Shown here: positions 1-8,520 of the stretch, one piece after another | Numbering within the stretch: position 1 is the first letter of the stretch | Layout of the letters: every line of letters begins with the position of its first letter | Assembly (NCBI GenBank): GCA_045617885.1 | Contig: JAZLJN010000059.1 | Location: forward strand, 5,042-69,041 | Length of the DNA: 64,000 nt | Direction: 5' to 3' | Source: Bacteroidales bacterium | GTDB taxonomy: Bacteria; Bacteroidota; Bacteroidia; Bacteroidales; UBA3663 | Program-made: the position numbers and the translations under genes | The notes under the pieces: generated by a model | Told to the model about the DNA's origin: nothing | Seen by the model: the letters and a program-made list of their open reading frames with translations, nothing else | The model's database searches: none

Positions 1-733
1 CGAATACCTTGACATCCTGCTCAGCAGTCAGTACCGCATTGTCAAGGCGATGGACGGATATGACGCTTTGCATAAGGCAGAGGTACAACTGCCAGACTTG
101 ATCCTCACAGACCTGATGATGCCGGGCATGGATGGTTACGAACTTTGCCGTGCCATCCGTCAGTCTGAAATCCTTGGTGACGTGCCTATCATCGTAGTAT
201 CTGCCCGCAGTAATGATGAAGACCGCATCCGCGGACTTGAAGCTGGCGCTGATGCCTACCTTGTCAAACCATTTAATGCTGATGAACTGAAAGTCATGGT
301 CAGCAAGCTCCTGTCACAGCGCAAACTCCTTCATGAGCGACTGCAGCAAGCCATCTCTTCTGCCACACAGGGCATTGCCAACCAGCAGATCAAGCCAGAA
401 GACATTACCTTCATGGAACGACTGAATCATGTGGTGGAGGAACAGATGATCAAGGGCGACCTCAGCATTGACACCATCTCCAGCCTGATGGCGAACAGCA
501 AATCCACCTTTAACCGCCACATCAAGGCACTTACCGGCATCAGCAGTGCTGCATACATCCTGCAGCTCCGCCTGAAGAAGGCCTGCCAGATGCTTACGGA
601 TCAGGACAACAAATCCATCGGTGAAATATCCATTTCATGCGGCTTTGATGACATGAGTTACTTCAGCCGCGTCTTTAAGCAGAACTTCGGACAGACACCG
701 TCGGAATTCAGACAAACGAACAAAGAGAAATGA
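1..733 (+). CDS. C-terminal part of a response regulator or hybrid two-component protein (REC receiver domain plus AraC-type HTH); the 5' end lies outside the window
   Basis: The frame is open from nt 2 (EYLDILLSSQYRIVKAMDGYDAL...), so the ORF-track ATG at 50 is internal. REC motifs: DLILTDLMMPGMDG and AYLVKPF. AraC HTH tail: MSYFSRVFKQNFGQTPSEFR. Confidence 0.85.
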   Translation, partial: EYLDILLSSQYRIVKAMDGYDALHKAEVQLPDLILTDLMMPGMDGYELCRAIRQSEILGDVPIIVVSARSNDEDRIRGLEAGADAYLVKPFNADELKVMVSKLLSQRKLLHERLQQAISSATQGIANQQIKPEDITFMERLNHVVEEQMIKGDLSIDTISSLMANSKSTFNRHIKALTGISSAAYILQLRLKKACQMLTDQDNKSIGEISISCGFDDMSYFSRVFKQNFGQTPSEFRQTNKEK

Positions 734-2520
734 AAAAAAGAATAACGCTCATCATCCTCGCTGCCATAGCTGCCATCCTGCTCATTCTGCAGCTATGCCT
801 GCCTTTTGCCATTAAGAGCTACATTAACAGCAATGGCTCCGAACTACTTGGCCGTGAGGTTTATCTGGATGATGTCTCGGTCAATGTACTTGGAGGAACC
901 GTTACGCTCGACTCGCTCACCATCTTTGGACAGCAGCCTGACGACGAGCCTTTTGTCCGGCTGCATCAGCTGAAGGCCGATTTCGTGACCAGCCACCTGA
1001 TTGTAGGCGTTCTTGACCTGAAATACCTCAATCTGGATGGATTAAGGCTCAACATCGAACAGCGAGACACCGTATTCAACTTCTCTGACATCCTGCTTCG
1101 CTTTTCAGAAGAGGAGGAATCATCAGTGGGAGATGACAGTGCCGGTATTCCTGTAGTTCTCCGTGACATTGCTATCACTAACAGCTACCTGCATTACAAG
1201 GACCTCCTTGTGCATAGTGATTTCCGCATCAATGACATTGACCTGCGTATCCCGGGCATTGACTTACGTGAACTCAATACCAGCGTTGGCATGGACCTCA
1301 CCTTCTTTGATGGCGGCAACCTCTCCACCAAGTTCACGTATGAGGAGCGCAGGAAGAGCTATACGGTCAACATGCAGCTCACCGATTTCAACATGCAGGG
1401 TCTTCTGCCCTACGTCCAGCAGTATATTCAGGCAGAGGGATTCAGTGGTACGCTGAATGGAGAATTGCAGATGCGCGGCAACATACAGCATGTACTGGAT
1501 TTCCAGATGACGGGCAAAGCCAAGGCACGTAACCTTTCGCTCATGGATGATAACGATGAGGAGGTATTCACCTGCGACAGCCTCAACATCGGCGTGAGTG
1601 AGATGAACCTGCTCAAGAACCGGATTGGACTCTCGCACCTCGTCATGTTCAGCCCGATGCTCGAAATCACCTATGGCAAAGACAGCATTGACAACTTTAC
1701 CCGAATGATGGATCAAGCCCGAACCAGATTGGCTAAAGAGGGATTACCCAGTCCGTTGGATGAGGAGACAACGACGGATGACCAACCAGAATTCCAGCTG
1801 AACATTGCACAGTTCCAGCTGCACGGAGGGCATCTCTTCTATCATGACCTCGCCACCAATATTGAGCCGTTCCACTATCAGATAGGCGACATTGGTCTGA
1901 ACGCCCCACAATTCAGGCTCACCGGGTACAACAACGTCAGGGGTAAGGCACTCTTAGGACAAGGCGGATCAATCACACTTGAATATCATGGCAAACTCGA
2001 TGATCCACGTAATATGCGATTCACTCTGAACGCCTCGGGTATAGAGCTCAATGACTTCTCGCCATACACGCTCCAGATGTTCGGCAACGAAATACTTGAC
2101 GGCAGGCTGGATGGCACCATCTCGGCAGATGTACACAATGGCAACCTGCAGGGTAATATTCACTTCACAGCCAGCAATCCACAAGTAAGCAAAAGGCGGA
2201 AGGGCGTCAATGCCGAAATGCAGGTTCCGTTCAGGACCGGCGTCTATGCCTTGACGGACAAGGATGGCATCTGTGACATCGAGCTGCCCATGTCAGGTAA
2301 CATTGATGAGCCGCGGTTCTCGTACAAGCGACTTATCTTCCGCACACTCGGCAAGCTCTTCGTCAAGGTCAGCACTTCACCGTTCAGGCGTCAGAATACT
2401 ACCGGCAGCAACACAGCAGACTATTCCCAGTTTGATGCCTTTAATATCGAAGACATAGATATTGAGACATTCGGAAATGACTCTATAGGCAAAGCCCTAA
2501 TTGAGGAGGAATACAAGTAA
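730..2520 (+). CDS. DUF748/AsmA-like membrane-anchored protein
   Basis: N-terminal TM helix (ITLIILAAIAAILLILQL) followed by a long beta-rich repetitive body typical of DUF748. Its start overlaps the upstream stop as ATGA (730-733), which suggests translational coupling. Confidence 0.6.
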   Translation: MKKRITLIILAAIAAILLILQLCLPFAIKSYINSNGSELLGREVYLDDVSVNVLGGTVTLDSLTIFGQQPDDEPFVRLHQLKADFVTSHLIVGVLDLKYLNLDGLRLNIEQRDTVFNFSDILLRFSEEEESSVGDDSAGIPVVLRDIAITNSYLHYKDLLVHSDFRINDIDLRIPGIDLRELNTSVGMDLTFFDGGNLSTKFTYEERRKSYTVNMQLTDFNMQGLLPYVQQYIQAEGFSGTLNGELQMRGNIQHVLDFQMTGKAKARNLSLMDDNDEEVFTCDSLNIGVSEMNLLKNRIGLSHLVMFSPMLEITYGKDSIDNFTRMMDQARTRLAKEGLPSPLDEETTTDDQPEFQLNIAQFQLHGGHLFYHDLATNIEPFHYQIGDIGLNAPQFRLTGYNNVRGKALLGQGGSITLEYHGKLDDPRNMRFTLNASGIELNDFSPYTLQMFGNEILDGRLDGTISADVHNGNLQGNIHFTASNPQVSKRRKGVNAEMQVPFRTGVYALTDKDGICDIELPMSGNIDEPRFSYKRLIFRTLGKLFVKVSTSPFRRQNTTGSNTADYSQFDAFNIEDIDIETFGNDSIGKALIEEEYK

Positions 2521-2524
2521 ATAT

Positions 2525-2556
2525 AAAAGGTCAGGGATTCACATCTCTGACCTTTT
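2525..2556 (+). terminator. Intrinsic terminator-like hairpin after the DUF748 gene
   Basis: aaaaggtcag (2525-2534) pairs with ctgacctttt (2547-2556). It lies 5 nt after the stop codon and has a T-rich tail. Confidence 0.6.
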
Positions 2557-2834
2557 CAATAAACACACATTACCAAATTAAACACCTAAAAAACACCATG
2601 AAAATTTCTTTTGACATCTTATTATGTCTTATTAACGATGCAAAGATAGCGAGTTCGGCATAGAACAGATACAACAAATCGTTCAGGAAACGGAATTTGC
2701 AACATATCTTACAACATCTGAAAAGAATTTGCTATTTATTTATGATTTTGGCAGTTTTTTGACACATTTTGCCTCTTTTGGAGTAAAACAGACAAAAAAA
2801 CAGGAGAAAAATACACATAATAAAAAAATATTAC

Positions 2835-2842
2835 TATATTTG
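2835..2842 (+). promoter_or_regulatory. Bacteroidota -7 promoter box (TAnnTTTG) for the HTCS gene
   Basis: TATATTTG lies 29 nt upstream of the ATG at 2871. Confidence 0.45.
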
Positions 2843-2870
2843 CGCACGATAATTATCCTTATAGCAACAC

Positions 2871-5786
2871 ATGAACTACCAGAAAACCAAACTTCAGCAT
2901 TATAAAGGATTCACCAATTGTCTCTTTATTATTTGCACAGCTTTATTAATCCTGTCATGCCGAGGATATCAGGATACGGAACCACAGTTCCGTATCGGTG
3001 TATCACAGTGCAGTGACGATGCCTGGCGAACCAAGCTGAATGAGGAGATGCAGCGAGAGTTGCTTTTCCATCCTGAAATTACCCTGGAAGTACGCTCTGC
3101 CGATGATGACAATGACCGTCAGGCGAGTGATATTGATTATTTTATCAAAGAGAAAGTTGATCTGCTGGTAGTATCGCCCAACGAGGCTACGGTTATTACT
3201 CCAGCCGTCTCACGTGCTTATGATGCAGGCATCCCCGTAATCGTTGCTGACCGCAAGGTGACTGGTGACAAATACACTGCCTTTATCGGTGGTGATAATC
3301 TTGCCGTAGGTCATCTGATGGGACAATCCCTGCTCATGATGCTGCCTGAAGGTGGCAAGGTCTTCGAAATCCTGGGACTTCCTGGCTCTACGCCTGCAGA
3401 ACTCCGCCATGAGGGTTTCATTCAGGCATTAGGCGATAAGGTCAGTCATTATGAGATTGTACAGAGCATCGGCAACTGGTTCCAGGATCAGGCCAAGGCT
3501 GAAGCTATCCGGGTATTTAAGGAAAATCCTGACATCCGCATGGTTGTGGCTCAAAATGACCTGATGGCTATTGGTGCCCGTAGTGCAGCAGACAGCCTGA
3601 TGCCTAATCATGACATTATCTTCATGGGCGTTGATGGATTGACGGGACATGGGAATGGCGTCGAAGCCATTACTCGTGGCAAACTGGAATCATCAGCTGT
3701 CTATGCCACCGGTGGAGACCTGATTATCCAGACAGCCGTGAAGATCCTGCGCGGTGAACCCTTTGAACGCAACACCGAACTCAGCACCTATCTGATTGAT
3801 CCTCTGACCGCCCCTTTGATGAATAACATCTACGAAGAGGTGGATCATGAGGTAGAGACCATACACATGCTCAAAGGCCGGGTAGATTACTACTGGGAGC
3901 AGCATAATCTGGAGCAGACGCTTCTGTACACGATGCTGGCATTCCTGATCTTTGTGGTCATCTTCATCATCCTTCTCTACCGCCAATATTATGCCAAAAA
4001 GAAAGTCAACGAGAGCCTTGCCCGTCAGCAGAAGACCCTGAAGGAACAGCGTGACCAGCTGAAGGAGCAGCGTGACCAGCTTGAGGCGCAGAACGAACAG
4101 CTCAAAAAGCTCTCTGCCCAACTTGAGGAGGCTACTAAAGCAAAGCTGATGTTCTTCACCAACGTATCGCATGACTTCCGCACACCTCTCACCCTCATCA
4201 ACGGGCCTATTGAGCAGCTGATGAAGGAGGAGAGTTCGAAGGAGAAGTCGCAGTTACTCCGCCTTGCCAATAAGAACATACAGGTACTGCTCCGTCTGGT
4301 TAACCAGATTCTGGACTTCCGCAAGTATGAGAGTGGCAAGCTGGAACTCAACCTTCAGGCTGTAGATATGAAGGAGGCGGTGCAGAACTGGTTCGACTCC
4401 TTCCGAGGCCTGGCTTTCAAGAAGCATATTCACCTGGAACTGACTACGGATGACGAAGCTCCAGAGGATGCTTTCCACACCATGGGAGATCTGGCAAAGC
4501 TGGAACGTATCTTCTTTAACCTGATGGGCAATGCCTTCAAGTTCACTCCTGAAAACGGACATATCTCTGTGGGACTGTGCCGAGAGGATAAGACAAATCA
4601 CCTCTTGCTTCGCATTGCAGATACCGGTCCGGGCATCAACGTGGAGCATATCCAGAAAATCTTCGAGAACTTCTACCAGATTGATTCTGCCCATCATGAA
4701 GGTTCAGGCCTTGGTCTGGCACTTGTCAAGAGCTTTGTAGAGCTGCATGGCGGAACAATCAGCGTAGAGAATCAGCCTGTAGGCACGGGCACCATCTTCA
4801 CCGTCTCATTACCAATGCGTGAGATGACCGAGTCGCTGGCACAAATAGAACAGCGCCGAGCCAGCATCAACGCCCAACAGGTGGAAGCAGAGCTGGCAGA
4901 AGTGATTGAGCCACAGGAAATCGCTGAAGATGACCCGAAACCAGCCGTACTGGTCATTGATGACAATGCTGACATCCGCCAGTATCTGCGCACACTGCTG
5001 GATTCTTCCTATCATGTATTTACTGCATCAAACGGACAGGAGGGTATCCGTAAGGCAATGCGTCTGGTGCCTAATGTAATCTTGTGTGATGTCATGATGC
5101 CTGGCATTGATGGCATGGAGACCTGCCGCCGACTCAAGTCGGAGGTCAATACCTGCCATATCCCTGTGATGATGCTCACAGCATGCAGCCTTGATGAGCA
5201 ACGCGTACAAGGCCACCAGGAGGGTGCTGATGCCTACCTCTCCAAGCCTTTCAGCACCGATGTGCTGCTAGCCCAGATCAGCGTGCTGGTCAAGAACCAT
5301 GACCGCATCCGCGACTTCTTCAATCCTGCTCTCTCCCTTTCGAGTCAGTCCTTAGGGAATGCAGAACCAGAACGCACACAGACCGAAACCATTGATGCAG
5401 CCAAGCCTGTCACTTCCGGAGCTGGAACCCAGATCCGTGATAACCGAGGTGCTGTCACGCTTGATGATAAGTTCCTGCGCCGTATGCGCGAACTTATTGA
5501 GAAAAATATGTCTGACTCCGACTTTGGCGTGGAGCAACTGGGCGATGATATCGGCATGAGCCGTGCCCAGCTCTATCGTAAGTGCAAGGCGCTGACTAAC
5601 TATTCGCCCGTAGAACTTATTCGCAACACCCGCCTCAAGCGAGCCCAGCAAATGCTGGCGCAAGGTGACGAGACCATTGCTCAAGTAGCCTATGCTGTAG
5701 GTTTCACCGCACCAAGCTATTTCACCAAATGTTACAAAGAGTACTTTGGTGAGAATCCGACAGAGCTGGTTAAGCGCAAGGGATAA
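2871..5786 (+). CDS. Hybrid two-component system sensor kinase/response regulator with a periplasmic sugar-binding (PBP type I) sensor domain; resembles BT1754, the fructose-sensing regulator of the B. thetaiotaomicron fructan PUL
   Basis: N-terminal lipoprotein-like signal, then a PBP1 domain (RIGVSQCSDDAWR..., VVAQNDLMAIGA). This is followed by a TM helix, a coiled coil, HisKA (FFTNVSHDFRTPLT), HATPase (DTGPGI..., GSGLGLALV), REC (VLVIDDN..., CDVMMPGIDG, LSKPF) and an AraC HTH (APSYFTKCYKEYFGENP). It is adjacent to GH32-containing PULs. Confidence 0.9.
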   Translation: MNYQKTKLQHYKGFTNCLFIICTALLILSCRGYQDTEPQFRIGVSQCSDDAWRTKLNEEMQRELLFHPEITLEVRSADDDNDRQASDIDYFIKEKVDLLVVSPNEATVITPAVSRAYDAGIPVIVADRKVTGDKYTAFIGGDNLAVGHLMGQSLLMMLPEGGKVFEILGLPGSTPAELRHEGFIQALGDKVSHYEIVQSIGNWFQDQAKAEAIRVFKENPDIRMVVAQNDLMAIGARSAADSLMPNHDIIFMGVDGLTGHGNGVEAITRGKLESSAVYATGGDLIIQTAVKILRGEPFERNTELSTYLIDPLTAPLMNNIYEEVDHEVETIHMLKGRVDYYWEQHNLEQTLLYTMLAFLIFVVIFIILLYRQYYAKKKVNESLARQQKTLKEQRDQLKEQRDQLEAQNEQLKKLSAQLEEATKAKLMFFTNVSHDFRTPLTLINGPIEQLMKEESSKEKSQLLRLANKNIQVLLRLVNQILDFRKYESGKLELNLQAVDMKEAVQNWFDSFRGLAFKKHIHLELTTDDEAPEDAFHTMGDLAKLERIFFNLMGNAFKFTPENGHISVGLCREDKTNHLLLRIADTGPGINVEHIQKIFENFYQIDSAHHEGSGLGLALVKSFVELHGGTISVENQPVGTGTIFTVSLPMREMTESLAQIEQRRASINAQQVEAELAEVIEPQEIAEDDPKPAVLVIDDNADIRQYLRTLLDSSYHVFTASNGQEGIRKAMRLVPNVILCDVMMPGIDGMETCRRLKSEVNTCHIPVMMLTACSLDEQRVQGHQEGADAYLSKPFSTDVLLAQISVLVKNHDRIRDFFNPALSLSSQSLGNAEPERTQTETIDAAKPVTSGAGTQIRDNRGAVTLDDKFLRRMRELIEKNMSDSDFGVEQLGDDIGMSRAQLYRKCKALTNYSPVELIRNTRLKRAQQMLAQGDETIAQVAYAVGFTAPSYFTKCYKEYFGENPTELVKRKG

Positions 5787-5827
5787 GAAAGATTGGCTTC
5801 AATATAGATAAACCGCCCGAGACCTTA

Positions 5828-6010
5828 AAATGGGCGCCAAGTGCAAAGGACAGCGGTTGCGAGACCTCGGAACTGACGTTTATGTTATCAAACATCAATT
5901 TCACAACTAAGAAATGGACGCCAAGGGTCATAGACAAGGATTTAAAGATCTTTAAATTGACGTTTGTGTAATCAAACATCAATTTCATAACCAAGAAATG
6001 GACGCCAAGG
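5828..6010. repeat. Intergenic direct repeat with an 84-bp period (about 2.2 copies) carrying the motif ATTTCAyAACnAAGAAATGGACGCCAAGG
   Basis: The AAATGGrCGCCA cores start at 5828, 5912 and 5996, an exact 84-bp spacing. Units 5874-5926 and 5958-6010 are nearly identical. An 18-bp perfect palindrome, ATTTAAAGATCTTTAAAT, lies at 5940-5957. Confidence 0.8.
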
Positions 6011-6054
6011 AAAAAGGGCAGGGATTTGACGACTCTCAAATCCCTGCCCTTTTT
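6011..6054. terminator. Bidirectional intrinsic terminator between the convergent HTCS and GH32 genes
   Basis: aaaaagggcagggattt (6011-6027) pairs perfectly with aaatccctgcccttttt (6038-6054). A and T runs flank it on both sides. Confidence 0.8.
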
Positions 6055-6060
6055 CTGGCC

Positions 6061-8436
6061 TTAAAACCAACGGATAGAATCACCGTTTGCCAAAAGCTGA
6101 TGGAGTGTCAGCTGCTGGGTAACCGGGTCAATGAAGAACCGGACCTCGGAATGAAGCGTCGGTGTATCGCTATGAACAGTCTCAATAGCTGACTCTGAAT
6201 GTTTAGAATCAAGCATCCATGCCTGGACGCTACGTACATGCGTTGCCCCCGAGCTGAAGATGCTGGTACCCACGGCCTCAGCATCCGTAGGGAAGATACG
6301 AATGCTGGCTGCCTGTTCTTCATTGACAAAGAGGTCGAGCACGGAGCCATCAAAGAAGACATGGAGCGTAAAGTCCGAGCCTGTGGCAGGCCGCTGATTA
6401 AGTGTGTGCCGATAGATTCCCTTGAAACTTCCGCCATCATTGACTACGCGCTGCAGGTTTGTTGCATCGACGGTGATGGTACCCGTAGCAGGTGCATAAT
6501 TGATCAGAAGCGCCTTATCATCCTTCTGCAGCAGCCGGAAACCGAAGTCAGAAGTCCCGACCTCAAAGGTAGCAAGTACTTCAAGTTGTCTGCCTGTTAT
6601 GCTGCCAAGGATCTCGGAGCCATTAAGCACAAAATCCTGATGCTGGTAACCGCTATCAGTCAGACGCATAGACTGCAATCCTGCAAACGGGCGCTGCAGG
6701 AGGCGGTCATCTTCAGTCAATGACCATTCGCGAGGCAGACTGTAGCAGTGAGCCCAGCCCCACTTATAGTTATTAGAAGTAGATACTTTATCTGGGACGA
6801 TACCGAGGGCAAGGATGGACTCCTGCTCTGGATTCAGACTGGCATTAGGAGCAAAGATACTGGGCGAAAGCATGCCGTAGCCATCACTGCTCATGCCACT
6901 CATCTCCACAGTCAGTGGCCATGCCTGCTTACTGCTGGGCGTGAATTTGCCATCACTTCCGATAGTGCCAACCCAATAGAGAGTACGTACACCTACATTT
7001 CCGATATTCTGCGGAGTGACGGTGAAGAGCCAGCGCTCCTGATCAATGCGAGTGACGTTAGGCATCTCCCAGAAGGTACCGCAACTCTGTGCCGAGGTGC
7101 CCTGAAAGAAGATGTCGCCATCGTTGCTCCAAGTGCCATTGGCGGCATTGTATTTGTGCAGTGTGCAGCAGCCTACGCCTCCCTTGCTCGAACCTACAAT
7201 AAGGTATGCCCCCTGATCCGTACGGAAGAAATAAGGATCACGGAAGTCATCACTCAATCCGGATGGACGGCTGGCAATACGTGGATTATTGCCCGCCTTT
7301 TGCCATTCAAGCAATGAGGCATCAGTAGGTACGGCAAAGTCGATGCTTGCCTTGACATAATCCACACCCGTATAGATAATGGCAGGATCAGTCGTACCAA
7401 ACACCTCCTCATCCTGCGCTACGCATCCGCTCCAGCAGCCTTTGATATCATAAGAGTCAGCAGGATCGATTGCGATAGGCTGCTCACTCCAGTCATAAAG
7501 GTTTGAACTTGAAAGATGTCCCCAGTGCAGACGGCTCATGTAAGGACCATTGCCATTCTTCTGGAAGAAGAGGTGCCACTGTCCATCGCTATAGGTCAGA
7601 CCGTGGGTCTCATTGGTCCAACCTGCAGATGGCATACCATGGAAACGGGGACGAAGCAGATCTTCTTTGAAGGCATCGGCAGGACAGGTCACGTCCGCCG
7701 CCGAACCACATTTCACGTCGGCGTCATTAGCCAGAGTCTGAATCTCTGAAACTGTCAGGACGTGGTCATAGAGGGCAATATCATCTATGATTCCGTTGAA
7801 GGTATTAAGCAGGAAGCCATCACGAGTCACATCCTCATGGCTCTTGCCTATAAGCAGTGGACCAGTGCCCAGATTCAGTCCGCGACGCATATTGGTCTGC
7901 GCCACCAGCTCTCCATTCAGATATAAGGTAAGCTGGCGTGCCGTAGCATCTACGGTAGCCGCCAGATGGCACCATTGGCGCTTGGGGAGCAACTGTGGTG
8001 CTTCGAGTGAGAATTCACTGCCAGCAGCAGCATAACACTCGAAGCGCCAGTTGCCTCGATTGGTGAGTTGTAGGGCAAATCCTGTGTGTGTGTTGTGGTC
8101 TAATGTACCTGCTATGGTGGTATAGTCATTACGATCCTCATCAATGTTCATCATTGGGTAAGTCTCTGCTGCCAGCCACATCGAAAAGGTGAAAGCGTCG
8201 CCATTGAGCAGAGAGGCATCAATCGGAGCCTCTACATAGGTACTATAACCATCCGTGCGAAGTGCTTTCCCCAAGGCTCCCACTGTACTGACAGCGGAAC
8301 GCTGGCCTTGAACGGCATATTGCTGACCTGTGATACGCTCTGATACCAGATTGTCTGTCACCTCCATGGGGAAGTGGAAAACCTGTGCTTGTGACGTAGT
8401 AGCCAAAAGGGCTAAGAGAGGAACAAAACGATTCAT
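6061..8436 (-). CDS. Secreted GH32 family glycoside hydrolase (beta-fructosidase/fructanase type) with an N-terminal LamG/concanavalin-like domain
   Basis: Signal peptide MNRFVPLLALLATTSQAQ. LamG-like region: FSMWLAAE..., LYLNGELVAQ..., GIIDDIALYDHVLT. GH32 blocks: WHLFFQKNGNG, HWGHLSS, CWSGC, FRDPYFF (RDP), FWEMPN (EC-block equivalent), followed by a C-terminal beta-sandwich. The nucleophile block reads WTNETHG rather than WMNDPNG. Confidence 0.8.
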   Translation of the reverse strand: MNRFVPLLALLATTSQAQVFHFPMEVTDNLVSERITGQQYAVQGQRSAVSTVGALGKALRTDGYSTYVEAPIDASLLNGDAFTFSMWLAAETYPMMNIDEDRNDYTTIAGTLDHNTHTGFALQLTNRGNWRFECYAAAGSEFSLEAPQLLPKRQWCHLAATVDATARQLTLYLNGELVAQTNMRRGLNLGTGPLLIGKSHEDVTRDGFLLNTFNGIIDDIALYDHVLTVSEIQTLANDADVKCGSAADVTCPADAFKEDLLRPRFHGMPSAGWTNETHGLTYSDGQWHLFFQKNGNGPYMSRLHWGHLSSSNLYDWSEQPIAIDPADSYDIKGCWSGCVAQDEEVFGTTDPAIIYTGVDYVKASIDFAVPTDASLLEWQKAGNNPRIASRPSGLSDDFRDPYFFRTDQGAYLIVGSSKGGVGCCTLHKYNAANGTWSNDGDIFFQGTSAQSCGTFWEMPNVTRIDQERWLFTVTPQNIGNVGVRTLYWVGTIGSDGKFTPSSKQAWPLTVEMSGMSSDGYGMLSPSIFAPNASLNPEQESILALGIVPDKVSTSNNYKWGWAHCYSLPREWSLTEDDRLLQRPFAGLQSMRLTDSGYQHQDFVLNGSEILGSITGRQLEVLATFEVGTSDFGFRLLQKDDKALLINYAPATGTITVDATNLQRVVNDGGSFKGIYRHTLNQRPATGSDFTLHVFFDGSVLDLFVNEEQAASIRIFPTDAEAVGTSIFSSGATHVRSVQAWMLDSKHSESAIETVHSDTPTLHSEVRFFIDPVTQQLTLHQLLANGDSIRWF

Positions 8437-8520
8437 GTAATAGACTTTTTATTGCGAATGGAAATGAGTCAACTGTCCAGCAGGATTACTCCCACTGAAC
8501 AGTTGTAATGATGGTGTTTC

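Noticed and set aside
5770-6039. 89-aa minus-strand ORF with a repeated LGVHFLV(M/V)KLMFD motif
   Set aside because: It is a translation of the 84-bp intergenic direct repeat. It spans a terminator hairpin and has no promoter or recognisable domain.
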